Source of the DNA: Candidatus Spongiisociaceae bacterium
GTDB lineage: Bacteria > Actinomycetota > Acidimicrobiia > Spongiisociales > Spongiisociaceae
Assembly: GCA_965262915.1 (NCBI GenBank)
Contig: OZ253564.1
Location: 4,096,001-4,160,000 of the forward strand
Reading direction: 5' to 3'
DNA length: 64,000 bases
A program made the position numbers and the translations under genes. Each line of letters starts with the position of its first letter. Positions within the stretch are counted from its first letter, which is position 1. This document shows, one piece after another, positions 1 through 10,035 of this stretch. The notes under the pieces are model-generated. The model searched no databases. It worked only from the letters and a program-made list of their open reading frames with translations, and had not been told where the DNA came from.

Positions 1-36
1 GTTGACGTTGAGTACGACGCTCCTCGTTTCAGCCAT
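1..36 (-). CDS. 5' end of probable (2Fe-2S) small subunit of a CO dehydrogenase/xanthine dehydrogenase-family enzyme (runs off window)
   Basis: ATG at 36 reads MAETRSVVLNVN and overlaps the stop of the FAD subunit, as in CoxM-CoxS operons; only 12 codons visible. Confidence 0.55.
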   Translation of the reverse strand, partial: MAETRSVVLNVN

Positions 37-901
37 TTTCGCCTCCTGCATTGCTAGCCGCCTCCGCCAAGGCCCGCATGGTCAACACCTTGATGAGGTG
101 ACGCCGGTACTCGCCCGACCCGTGTATGTCGGACGTGGTCGGAAACTCGGCGGCGGCGCCGTCTCCGGCCGCCGCGAACGCGGCCGCGCCCGCCGCCGCA
201 CCCACCAGTGCGGCCTCCGCGGCTGGCAGGCGGGTGGCATGGGTACCGCCGAAGGCCGCCAGGGACGCCTCCCGGACGGTCGAGCCGTCCACCGATATCA
301 CGGCTGCCACCCCGGCGAGGGCGAAGTCACCGTGGCGGCGAGCGAACTCCTGGAATCCGAAACCGCTCGACGCCCGTGCCGCCGGGATACGGATCTCGGT
401 CAGCAACTCGGTGTCGCCCAGGGTTGTGTCGAAGAGCAGATCCCCGATGAGGTCCCCAGCGCCGATGACCCGCTCGCCATCGGTCGAGGCAGCGGTCACT
501 TCGGCGTCGAGGGCCATCAGGAGGGCCGGAATCTCAGCCGCCGGATCGTTGTGCGCCAGCGAGCCGCCGATCGTGCCCCGGTTCCGGATCGCTCTGTGCC
601 CGATATAGGAGACAGCCTCGGGGATGATCGGCTGGGCCGATGCGACCTCGTCCGATTCCTGAACAGCGGTCAGGCGGGTGAGGGCACCGATACGCAACGA
701 TCCGTTGGCCGAGACATACGACAACGAATCTATCCCGTTGATGTCTATCAAATGCGCAGGTCTGGCCAGCCTGAAGTTGAGCATCGGAACCAGGCTCTGC
801 CCGCCGGCGAGGACTTTCGCCTCGGACCCGTGCTCGGCCAGAAGCCCCAGTGCCTCCGCAACATTTTCCGGCGCCGAATAATTGAAGACCGCTGGTTTCA
901 C
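29..901 (-). CDS. FAD-binding medium subunit, xanthine/CO dehydrogenase family (CoxM/CutM-like)
   Basis: Motifs AKVLAGGQSLVPMLNFRL, IRNRGTIGGSLAHNDP, RRHGDFA, SDIHGSGEYRR. Confidence 0.92.
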   Translation of the reverse strand: MKPAVFNYSAPENVAEALGLLAEHGSEAKVLAGGQSLVPMLNFRLARPAHLIDINGIDSLSYVSANGSLRIGALTRLTAVQESDEVASAQPIIPEAVSYIGHRAIRNRGTIGGSLAHNDPAAEIPALLMALDAEVTAASTDGERVIGAGDLIGDLLFDTTLGDTELLTEIRIPAARASSGFGFQEFARRHGDFALAGVAAVISVDGSTVREASLAAFGGTHATRLPAAEAALVGAAAGAAAFAAAGDGAAAEFPTTSDIHGSGEYRRHLIKVLTMRALAEAASNAGGENG

Positions 902-1035
902 TGGCGGCTCACCTCCCGCGCGACGGGGATCGGTTAAGGACCCTTGGGTCTACCGCCGCCCGATGCATACTAGACATCTGCCCGTCCATGGTCAGTTAAC
1001 CGCCCTCAAAGCGCGTGCCACCATGCCGAGAAGGG

Positions 1036-1069
1036 CCGTATATACGCTATAGTCCCAATAGATATACGG
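1036..1069. promoter_or_regulatory. probable vapBC autoregulatory operator (inverted repeat)
   Basis: CCGTATAT...ATATACGG in an AT-rich patch just upstream of the antitoxin gene. Confidence 0.5.
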
Positions 1070-1095
1070 ATGGAAGTCGAGTGGGAGACGACAAG

Positions 1096-1305
1096 GTGAC
1101 AAAGCGACTGGTGGACATTGACGACGACCTCCTCGAGGAGGCAACCGAGATTCTCGGTACGAGCACCATGAAGGAGACCGTCAACGAGGCGCTGTCCGAG
1201 GTACGTCGAGCCGAGTTACGGCGCCAACTCGTTCTCCAGTTGTCCACGATGGAGGGCCTCGACCTCGACAACGACGAGGTGATGGCAAGAGCCTGGCGGC
1301 GGTGA
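1096..1305 (+). CDS. vapB: type II TA antitoxin, VapB family
   Basis: GTG start; TKRLVDIDDDLLEEA...TMKETVNEAL RHH-type pattern; GTGA overlap with the PIN toxin. Confidence 0.85.
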   Translation: MTKRLVDIDDDLLEEATEILGTSTMKETVNEALSEVRRAELRRQLVLQLSTMEGLDLDNDEVMARAWRR

Positions 1306-1712
1306 CCGCCAGGTACCTGGCCGACAAGAGCGCACTGGCCAGAATCCTGGTCCCCGTCGTCGGGGAGCGTTTGGGTTACTTGGTCCAAGCCGGTCAGGTG
1401 GCGACATGCGCCATCATCGATCTCGAAGTCCTGTACAGCGCCAGGAACTTGGCCGATTACGAGGGGACCCGGGCGCGACTGGGTTCTCTGGCCGATGTGC
1501 CCATCACCCCACAGATCATGCGTCGAGCGCTCTCCGTACAGCACCGGCTGGCTCGGACGGGACACCACCGCTTGGCCATCGCCGATCTGATCATCGCCGC
1601 AGCCGCGGAGTCGGCCGATCTCTCCGTCCTCCACTACGACGCGGACTTCGAGCGTATCTCCGCGGTTACGGGACAGCCTCACGAGTGGGTTGCACCACGC
1701 GGGTCCTTGTAG
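1302..1712 (+). CDS. vapC: PIN-domain toxin VapC
   Basis: YLADKSA, E(VLYS), DLIIAAAA, LHYDADF acidic PIN motifs. Confidence 0.92.
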   Translation: MTARYLADKSALARILVPVVGERLGYLVQAGQVATCAIIDLEVLYSARNLADYEGTRARLGSLADVPITPQIMRRALSVQHRLARTGHHRLAIADLIIAAAAESADLSVLHYDADFERISAVTGQPHEWVAPRGSL

Positions 1713-2261
1713 GGCTTCACGGAAGCGACTTGCAGCCAGGCCGACTCGATCCGTTCCCGCATCTCGGACGGGCTTCTCGGGCGGCGGTCATCGATGGGGA
1801 AGGCTTGCGCAATCGTGTTGAAGGCTTCCCCCGGCCCGGGTGTTGCCGCTTCCTGCCCTTCCTCCGGGAGATCGCCGAACCATGGTGACGTTTCCGAACA
1901 TGATCCAGACTCGATGAGCCTTCCGATCGCCGACGGCCTGCTGGTGGTGGTCAAGAGGACTGCGAGACCTGCCGCCTTGTCAAGCTGAACGCTCGAACCG
2001 TGTCTGGCAGCCGATTAGGCGAAACGCGGATCGTGGATCCGCACGATGTTTTGATCTTGAGACTCCGGAGAGAGGCGATGCGACGGATCTAGGAGGAACT
2101 TCCTGACGAAAACCGAGTACTGTTCAATGGTCTATCACTGTTCGCGACACCAATCAACTCTTCACCCATCTGCTGCTATACGAACCACGGTGAAATAACT
2201 CGGTCTTCTCTACTACAGCACCCTCTCTCAAGGGACAGTAGAACCTCGCCGAACACCCTCA

Positions 2262-3941
2262 CTAGAGCTGTACCTTAACGCCACCAGAGAGAAATGAGTC
2301 GTGGAGTTCAAGTAGAGTTCCAAATCCTTCTTCAGGAAAGTCGTCGGGGACATCAAATAGTATAGTAGTCTCAATCTTTAGACCTGGGTTCAACTCTATG
2401 TGGTCATCAGCGCTCCAAGTGAATCCCTCAGCAGGGTATCTTCGGCTACCCCAGATCAAGTCTTGATCATCACTAGAAAAGGTTTTAGGTACATCACCGA
2501 TATTCTTTACGGTAAGGTGAACAACGAACCAGGTACCTACGGCTTCATCAGTGAAGGAACCTGAACTGTACTTTCGACCCGGTTGTTCAACTCCGGTAAT
2601 ACTGAACTCAAATTTGCCATCACGCACAGGGACCGACCGCCTAGCGCGATGTTGCTCAATCAGCCTCTTACGTTCAGACTCGGCACAGCCCCTAACTGCC
2701 GTTTCAAGTCTCGTCTGGGTAGTGACTGCTCCCCACTCAGGATCCCACGTAACGATTGAGCTAACGGATCTGTCGAGCCGCTCAACCGCAATCGCACATG
2801 CCCGCTTGATTTCAGCATCCACAGCAGCTTCAAGCTCCGCCCTGACCAACCTGGCGCGTTCAGGCCCCGCGCACTCCTCCGCGGCCTGTTCTAGTTCACG
2901 TAGGGTTGTGACTGCTTCCCAGTCGGTCTTCCACTGAACGATTTCACTGACCGGTCGATCGTACTGCGCAACCGCTATCGCACATGCGCGCTCCATCTCA
3001 GCATCTACAGCGGCCTGTAATTCCTCCCTGATCAAGCGACTGCGTTCGGGCCCCGCGCACTCCTCCACCGCTTCTGTCAGCTCAGGCTGGGTTAGAATTG
3101 AGGCCCATGTGTAGTGCCACCGAACAATCGAACCCACTGATTGATGGTATCGATCTATCGCCGCAGCACATGCTCGCTCGATCTCAGCATCCACCGCAGC
3201 CGATAGTTCTGCACGACGCTGCTCGGCAAGCCTCTCACGTTCGGGAGATGCGCACCGTTCAACTGCCCTTTCCAGCTGGGTACGGGTTGTGATCGGTTCC
3301 CACTCTGGCTGCCAACTCACGATGTCGGCAACCGGCATCTCGTAAGTCTCTGGAGCGGATGCGACTGCACATGCCCGATCAATCTCCCCATCAATAGCCG
3401 CCTGGAGATCCGCCCTTATCTCCTCATCGTATTTGCTCAACAGGTATTGAACCTGCTCTTGGGCCTCTTGGGATAAGGCGCTTGTCCTCTGGAGTTCGCT
3501 CTCGAGGTCGGTGATTCGGACATCCTGCTCGCGGCGCTGAGCAAGGAGTTCATCACGCTCAGCCTCGACTGCCGCCAAGCGCAGCCCGAGCCCATCGCGC
3601 TCCGAGGAAACAGCAGCGAGACTTCCTTCAAGCTCATCACGCTCCGCGGAAACGTGAGCCAATTCCTCTTTCAACACTCGAACGTCCTGTTGAAGCCGGT
3701 CACGCTTGGCCCCCGCAGCATCCAAGCCCGTCCTAAGCTCATCACGCTCCGCGGAGACGGACGCCAACTCCGTTTCGACACGACGAACGTCCTGTTGAAG
3801 CCGGTCACGCTCGCGCGTAACCGAAGCAAGTTCGGCTTCTCTCGCGACCGCGGAGCCCGGCTCGTCGGCTTCGGATCCTGAGCATGCAGTCATGAGCAGC
3901 AACACAGCAAGGCCGGTTACGACACCGCGGAGAAGAGTCAT
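2262..3941 (-). CDS. lipoprotein: coiled coil, four ~62-aa Cys/Trp repeats and a C-terminal DUF4352-like domain
   Basis: Lipobox LMTAC after a hydrophobic stretch (start reassigned to 3941); ERDxL heptads; VRDGKFEFSIT...VHLTVKNIGD...LNPG...FDVP C-terminus. Confidence 0.75.
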   Translation of the reverse strand: MTLLRGVVTGLAVLLLMTACSGSEADEPGSAVAREAELASVTRERDRLQQDVRRVETELASVSAERDELRTGLDAAGAKRDRLQQDVRVLKEELAHVSAERDELEGSLAAVSSERDGLGLRLAAVEAERDELLAQRREQDVRITDLESELQRTSALSQEAQEQVQYLLSKYDEEIRADLQAAIDGEIDRACAVASAPETYEMPVADIVSWQPEWEPITTRTQLERAVERCASPERERLAEQRRAELSAAVDAEIERACAAAIDRYHQSVGSIVRWHYTWASILTQPELTEAVEECAGPERSRLIREELQAAVDAEMERACAIAVAQYDRPVSEIVQWKTDWEAVTTLRELEQAAEECAGPERARLVRAELEAAVDAEIKRACAIAVERLDRSVSSIVTWDPEWGAVTTQTRLETAVRGCAESERKRLIEQHRARRSVPVRDGKFEFSITGVEQPGRKYSSGSFTDEAVGTWFVVHLTVKNIGDVPKTFSSDDQDLIWGSRRYPAEGFTWSADDHIELNPGLKIETTILFDVPDDFPEEGFGTLLELHDSFLSGGVKVQL

Positions 3942-4042
3942 ATCCGTGCAGTCTAGACATTCTGATGCTCTCGATAATTCGCTGAACATGGCCTTTTGAC
4001 TGACCCGGGTGGTCACCGCCCACACGGCTGGCGGCTCCGGGT

Positions 4043-4933
4043 TCAGCGGCTGCTGAGGGTGATGAGGATGACTCCGAGGACGGTGAGGGCGGCGCCCGTC
4101 ACGATCTTCCACGTCAACCTCTCCAGGTCCCTCAGGAAGAGGGCCGACAGCAGGACCACGATCAGAGGTTGGGCCATGATGATGGGACCGACGACCGATA
4201 CGTCACCGGCTTCCAGCGCCCGGAACACGGACAGCACGCCCAACCCCGCCAGTACCCCGGTCACCAGGAACCACTGCCATCCGGGCCCGAGCTTCGCGAG
4301 GCGGCGGATCCGGGGCGCGGACGCTACGACGACCGCCCAGATCAACAGCACCGATACATTTCCCACCAAGGCACCGAACGGCGCGGAAGGAGTAGCGGCC
4401 ATACCGAGCTTGCGTACGATATCGGAGGACGCGAACGACAGGCCCCCGACCACGGGCAGCAGGTAGGCCCAGCTCCACCGCCGAGCGACATGGCCGGTCA
4501 CAAGGGTGCCGCCAAACTGCTTGTCTCCACCCACGAGGGCCCATATCCCGGCGACGATGGCCCCCGCTCCGGCCACGCGCCAACCGGTGACGACCTCCGA
4601 GAACATGACCATCCCTCCGATCAGCGCCAGCACCGGGTAGGTGGCGGTCTGGATGGGCGTAGCCGTCGAAGGCCCGAGGCGCGCGACGGCCAGGATGAAC
4701 GAGGTCCGTCCCAGCCCTTCACCGATGATCCCCGCCGCGACGAAGAGCCCTACCGCTCGCAGCGATACGCTCTCCGGCATGTCCAATGCCATGAAGATCA
4801 ACATCACCACCGCACCGATCGGGAGGGACACCAGTAGTGCGGTAACGATGCTGTTGCCCTGAACTCCCCGCTTCGCGGTGATACCGAGGGCCGCGAAGCA
4901 GCAGGCCGCACCTAGAGCGAACAGTACGGGCAT
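4043..4933 (-). CDS. EamA/DMT family transporter
   Basis: About 10 TM segments in two halves; GDVSVVGPI...QPL...LFLRDLER motif. Confidence 0.88.
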   Translation of the reverse strand: MPVLFALGAACCFAALGITAKRGVQGNSIVTALLVSLPIGAVVMLIFMALDMPESVSLRAVGLFVAAGIIGEGLGRTSFILAVARLGPSTATPIQTATYPVLALIGGMVMFSEVVTGWRVAGAGAIVAGIWALVGGDKQFGGTLVTGHVARRWSWAYLLPVVGGLSFASSDIVRKLGMAATPSAPFGALVGNVSVLLIWAVVVASAPRIRRLAKLGPGWQWFLVTGVLAGLGVLSVFRALEAGDVSVVGPIIMAQPLIVVLLSALFLRDLERLTWKIVTGAALTVLGVILITLSSR

Positions 4934-5093
4934 CACACCTTCCCCGATGCTGACCGAACTCCCGGTGTAGGACCGCCGGAGCGTTCAGTGTCTCCCGCTC
5001 GAACGGCGCAGGCCGGTCGAACACCGGTAGCCGGTTGGCGGTGGAAAGCGGCCGGTGGCCAGTGGCCGGAGCTCTCGGCGGGTGCCAATCTCC

Positions 5094-5306
5094 CTACTCG
5101 CTGTCCTTGTGGTCCTGGCCCGAGCCTCCCGTGCCCCCACGTGACAGGTACAGCCAGGTTTCGACCACGGTGTCGGGGTTGAGGGAGATGCTCTCGAGGC
5201 CGATCTCGACCAGCCACTCAGCGAAATCAGGATAGTCGGAGGGTTCCTGATCGCAGATCCCGATGTAGTTGCCCGCATCGCGGCACGCACGGATCAGCCC
5301 GGTCAC
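5094..5306 (-). pseudogene. C-terminal fragment of PEP synthase (PpsA-like)
   Basis: AGNYIGICDQEPSDYPDFAEWLVEIGLESISLNPDTVVETW resembles the PpsA C-terminus; only ~70 codons. Confidence 0.7.
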
Positions 5307-5373
5307 CGCCCCGCCCCCGGGACGTCCGATCCCGCGATCGGACGCCGATGGGATCGGCCGCGCCGCAACTCCG

Positions 5374-8265
5374 TCAGTTGCCCGACCCTTCCACCAACCG
5401 GCGCAGCCTGCCGACCAGCCGCGCCGCCTCATCCACCTTCTCCTGGTAACCGCCCAGTTGACCGGACCGCAGAGCCTCGTCGGCCTCGTCCAGCAGCCTG
5501 TCGATCTCGACCACCATGGAGGCCACGTCGTCGTCGGGCCCGGCGGCCGCGGGTTGGTCCGGACTGTCCGGAGCGTCCACCGGAGTATCCTCGGGAGCCG
5601 CCGACTCCCCGAATATCTCGGCCAGCGCCGTGTCGAGGGACTCGCGCATGATCGGCGGGCTCTCCTCGCCGAACACAACCACGACCCGCTTGAACTCCGG
5701 CAGCAGCACCCCCTCGCCCTTGAGGTAGATCGGCTGGATGAACAGCAGCGACTCCTCCACCGGCACCACCAGCAGGTTGCCCCGGATGATCTCGGAGCCC
5801 TGCTGACCCAGCAGCGTGAACTCCCGGGATATGACCGGATCCTGATCGATCCGGGCAGCGATCTGCTGCAGCCCGTTGATCAGTTCGCCCCTTGGCAACC
5901 GGTAATCCACGATCTTGCCGTACGCCTCGGGGTCGCTCTTGGCCACCAGGAAGGCCGTCATGTTCTCCCGGCTGGCCGGATTGAAGCTCTGGAGGATCAG
6001 GTAGGAGAGATCGTCCTCCCCCGGTAGCTTCATCAGCTGATAGTACGGGAGGCTCAAACGGGTCTCACTCCTGAGCTGCCCCAACTGATCCACGGTGTCA
6101 CCGCGTACGAACCCACGGTCGGAGGTGGATGGATCCCCCGGTATGTCCCATTTGTCCTCGTCCTGGAAGAAGTCCTCGGCCTTGCGCTGGTGGTAGGTCG
6201 CGTACATGTCCGACTGGACGCGGAACATGTCTTCGGGATAACGGATGTGGTGCCGCAACTCGTCGCTCATCTCGGATGCATCGACGAACACTCCGGGAAA
6301 CACATTCCGGTAGGCCTGCGTGAGCGGGTCGGTATTCTCCAGCACGTAGAGCGTCATGGTGCCGTCCTCGGCATCCACCACCGCCTTCACCGAGTTGCGG
6401 ATGTAGTTGAAGTTGCGCGGCAGCGCCGATCGGAGGCCGAGCCGGGCGTCGATCACAGGCTCGGAGTAGGGATACCGGTCGGTGGTGGAATACAGGTCCA
6501 CGATCCACACGAGGCGCCCACCGATCAAGGCCATGTAGGGGTCGTCGTCGGCGTTGAGGAACGGCGCCACCTGCCTGAGCCGGTCCACGACGTTACGGAC
6601 CATGAGGATCCTGGACTCCGGCGTGATCTCGGGCGAGATCAACGTGTTGAGGTCCCCGAACCGCAGGGCCATCGCAGCCCGGACGCCCGCGTTCGAGAGC
6701 TGCACGCCTCCCCGGCCGCTGTAGGAGTTGCGGACCACCGTGTCGTCCTCGCCCGACGGGAAGTCGACTTCCTGCTGCTTGGTCCTGACTATCACGTAGC
6801 TACCCGTCACGGCTGATTCGCCGAAGTAGATACGCGGCTGCTTGGTCTCCAGCTCGGGCACGCCGGATTTCGGAGGAACATCCCTGACCAGGAAGGCCGG
6901 CTCGCCAGTGGTGGGATTGACATCGTTTGCCCTGGAGATGACCTCGCCGAACCCGTGGGTGTACACGAGCTTCTCGTTGACCCACCCTTCGGCGGGCAGA
7001 TCGTCCGAGTCCAGTTCGCGGGCCGCCATCATCACTTGGGTCAGAGCACCCTCGATCACGTAACGGTCCGTGTCCACGTTCGAGATCTGGTAGTAGGGCC
7101 TGATCGCCTGGAGCTGGGAATAGGCCGGCGCCAGGACCCCGGGATCCCACAGGCGCACGTTGCTGATGGTCGCCTGGTTGCCGGCGATATCCTCGGCGGT
7201 CAGGTCGGGTGAGGCCGCGAAGTCGCGGATCTCCACCCGCCCCTCTCCCATCCCGTAGGCATCGAGGGTGAACCCGATGTGGTGATCGATGTACGGCCGC
7301 TCCAGGTTGAACTGGTTGGGCTGCACACGGAAGCGCTCGATGGCGGCGGGGATGATGCCCCCTACCACCACGGAGACCACCAGCCAGAGCCCGGCGGCCA
7401 CCGCGGGCAGCGTCCAGCCCTTCCGCCATATGTTCCACAGCAGCAGCGCGGCTCCAAGCAGGGAGATCCCGCTGAGCAGGGCGAGTGCCGGACGGTGCAC
7501 CGTCACATCCGTGTACGAGGCGCCGAAGATCGCCCCCCTCGTCGAGTACAGCAACTCGTAGGTGTCCAGGCGGTAGGCGATGGCTTTGAGGATCGCGAAC
7601 GCGGCCAGCAGCACCGACAGGTGGGACTTGACGCCGGATCCGACCTCCGGCATGCGGTTCTGATGCCAACGTATCCCCCCGTACAGGTAGTGGAGGGCGA
7701 CCGAGACGAGAATCGTCAGGATCACGAGTTGGAACAGCCATCCGATGATGTCGCGGTAGACGGGCATGCGGAACACGTAGAAGGCCACGTCCCGCCCGAA
7801 GATCGGGTCGGTCTGACCGAACTCCACCTCGTTGAGGAAGAGCAGCACATCGCGCCACCAACCGGCGGCGCTCGTTCCGACGAGGAGGCCGAGCAGGCCG
7901 GCCACTCCCACGTGGAGCCAGCGCCGGCGCGTCGACGCCCAGTCCCGGAACCGCTCTACCAGCTCGTCGCCCGGACGGGAAAGGAATAAGCCGCCGGCCG
8001 AGGTGCGGAAGGCCACCACCACGTTGATCCAGACCACCACCGCGGCCAAGGCAAATCCCGCCGCGCCCAGGAATATCTTCGACAGCAGCACCGTCTTCCA
8101 AACGGCCGTGGCTTCCACCGAGGAGAACCAGAGGTATTCGGTCCAGGCGTTGGCCACACCGCGGAACGTGAGGAGGGCCACAAGGGCGACCAGGGCCACC
8201 AAGGCCAGAAAGCGGCGCGAGCGGCGGCGTCCGGAGCCGAACGAGCCGGGTTCCATCCTGATCAT
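5374..8265 (-). CDS. UPF0182 family membrane protein
   Basis: 963 aa; DPIFGRDVAFYVF, NVRLWDP, YTHGFG, PRIYFGE, NYIRNSVKA, RYPEDMF motifs. Confidence 0.95.
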   Translation of the reverse strand: MIRMEPGSFGSGRRRSRRFLALVALVALVALLTFRGVANAWTEYLWFSSVEATAVWKTVLLSKIFLGAAGFALAAVVVWINVVVAFRTSAGGLFLSRPGDELVERFRDWASTRRRWLHVGVAGLLGLLVGTSAAGWWRDVLLFLNEVEFGQTDPIFGRDVAFYVFRMPVYRDIIGWLFQLVILTILVSVALHYLYGGIRWHQNRMPEVGSGVKSHLSVLLAAFAILKAIAYRLDTYELLYSTRGAIFGASYTDVTVHRPALALLSGISLLGAALLLWNIWRKGWTLPAVAAGLWLVVSVVVGGIIPAAIERFRVQPNQFNLERPYIDHHIGFTLDAYGMGEGRVEIRDFAASPDLTAEDIAGNQATISNVRLWDPGVLAPAYSQLQAIRPYYQISNVDTDRYVIEGALTQVMMAARELDSDDLPAEGWVNEKLVYTHGFGEVISRANDVNPTTGEPAFLVRDVPPKSGVPELETKQPRIYFGESAVTGSYVIVRTKQQEVDFPSGEDDTVVRNSYSGRGGVQLSNAGVRAAMALRFGDLNTLISPEITPESRILMVRNVVDRLRQVAPFLNADDDPYMALIGGRLVWIVDLYSTTDRYPYSEPVIDARLGLRSALPRNFNYIRNSVKAVVDAEDGTMTLYVLENTDPLTQAYRNVFPGVFVDASEMSDELRHHIRYPEDMFRVQSDMYATYHQRKAEDFFQDEDKWDIPGDPSTSDRGFVRGDTVDQLGQLRSETRLSLPYYQLMKLPGEDDLSYLILQSFNPASRENMTAFLVAKSDPEAYGKIVDYRLPRGELINGLQQIAARIDQDPVISREFTLLGQQGSEIIRGNLLVVPVEESLLFIQPIYLKGEGVLLPEFKRVVVVFGEESPPIMRESLDTALAEIFGESAAPEDTPVDAPDSPDQPAAAGPDDDVASMVVEIDRLLDEADEALRSGQLGGYQEKVDEAARLVGRLRRLVEGSGN

Positions 8266-9056
8266 GTCGTATCAGGCGTTGGGATGGGCCTCATCGAACA
8301 GGCCGAGGGGATAGTCATTGTTCAGCACGCTCCTAGGGGTGGATAGGTCAGACACAGAGAATAGTGCGGCCCCGGCGACAGGCACGACAGGACCAGAACA
8401 CGCGAGGCGGAGAAGTAGGTCGTCAAGCCGGAGCGATGGTACACCGGCACTCGACATGCGCCGGAACCGTCGGCACTGCGTCCACAACCTGCCCGCTGAA
8501 GGCGGCGCATTCATCGCAACCCTCGTTGACCTCGATCCGGAACCCGTCGACTCCGGCCTCGACCAAACCCTTGACGAGCCCGCTGTGATAGGCGCGTCCG
8601 GCAAGGAATCGTAGCCGTCGCTCAGCTTCGTCCGTACGCCACGCCCGGTACACACGGGAGAAGGAATTCGCCACTTCCTGGCTGCTGAGCTCAGCTCGGC
8701 GCGCGTTCTCGACCGTCGCCGCCACGTCGTCGAAGAGGGCGGACACGAAGGGCGCGCTTCCATTGGTGGGGGGTTCTCCCCGCAGCACTCCCAGCCGGGT
8801 GTCTGTCATCTCGGCCGCCGCGGTATGTCCCCGTTCGAAGGCTTCCCGTTCCATGACCGAGAGCACGTGCACCAGGTAGGACGCCAACGAGGACCTCTCC
8901 GGCCGCCACTCCTCGGGATCCTCCTTGAGCGCTTCGACCTGCTCCCTCTGGACATCGATGAGCTGGCGCTTGACAGCCCGCAAGGCTCGGTTGGTGACGG
9001 GCAGGAGCATCCGGTCGTATCGCTGCAGCGGCGACAGCTTCTTCGCGGAAGCCCCC

Positions 9057-9110
9057 GCCGGGGCCTTGGCGGTCGTAGCCTCCGCCGGGGCCTTGGCGGT
9101 CGTTGCCTCC
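9057..9110. repeat. 27-bp in-frame tandem duplication (EATTAKAPA x2)
   Basis: gccggggccttggcggtcgtWgcctcc twice. Confidence 0.8.
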
Positions 9111-10035
9111 TTCATCCGGAGTTGCAGGAACAGCGCGGCCAACTCGTCGGTCGTCCTGCTCCCCGGCACGCCGCCCCGGATCCCCGCCATGGCCGCTTCA
9201 CGATCCGCAGAAGTGGTACGTGATGCACCCGCCGGGGTGTGAACCAGCCGCACATGTGCGGGCTCAGCACTCTCACCAGGCTGTTCCGGCTCCTCCGCAC
9301 CCGCGGCGGCGCCCTCTTCGCGCAGGCGTGCTACTTCGTCGGCGAGTTCGAGGGCGTCAACCTCCAGGCGCGCCTTCGTGGTCGGTATCCGCACCAGCCG
9401 CACGCTGTCGGTACCGTCGGCCCACCCCACGGGTCGTGCCCTCGCGACCATGACAGTATCTTCGGGGAGCGCTACCCCATCTTCGGGGAGCACTCCCCCG
9501 GTCCTGAGCAGATCAAGGTCGGCATTCGATTCGGCTCCGTCGTCACCGTGATGGATGACCCGCACCGTAGAGGTCTGGGCACCTTCGAGTTGTGCCGACG
9601 GTCCCTCCAGCTTCGACCGGAAGATCTCCATCTCTTCGAGCAACTCCCTGTGCCGTACCTCAAGGGCGCTGACCTGCTCCCGTGTCTCCTCCGCCCGTGC
9701 GTTTGCCGCCCGGATGATCTCCTGGCCGTTGGCACGCGCCAGACCCAGCAGTCTTTCGCTCTCGACGGTCGCCATCTGGATAGCGTTCTCGCTGTCACGC
9801 CGGGCCGCCGCCAGCTTGCGGTGTGCCTTGCGCTCGCCATTCCCGATGATCTCGAGGGCAGCATGTTCCGCCGCGGCACGCATCCGAACACCCTCGGCCT
9901 TCATCGAGTCCAATACCTCCGTCGAGGTTTCCCACGCCGCCTTCCGGAGCGCGAATGCCTGTGACTCGGCCGACGCCAGTAGATTCCGTGCCCGGTCCGT
10001 CGCCACCGTCAGACCATCCGACGCGTCGTGCTCAG

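Noticed and set aside
2-937. Long ORFs overlapping real genes (e.g. 2-937, 6800-8101, 20221-22287, 35401-37266, 43297-44874, 59644-61254)
   Set aside because: Antisense or alternate-frame shadows typical of high-GC DNA; no recognisable motifs
1713-2261. Short ORFs and a possible repeat end between vapC and the lipoprotein
   Set aside because: No recognisable protein motifs; the gaacaccctcactag similarity to MITE ends is too short to call
8423-8700. Prophage remnant suggested by the gpF-like motif
   Set aside because: No portal, terminase or capsid genes; the motif is in frame with a host DivIVA-domain gene
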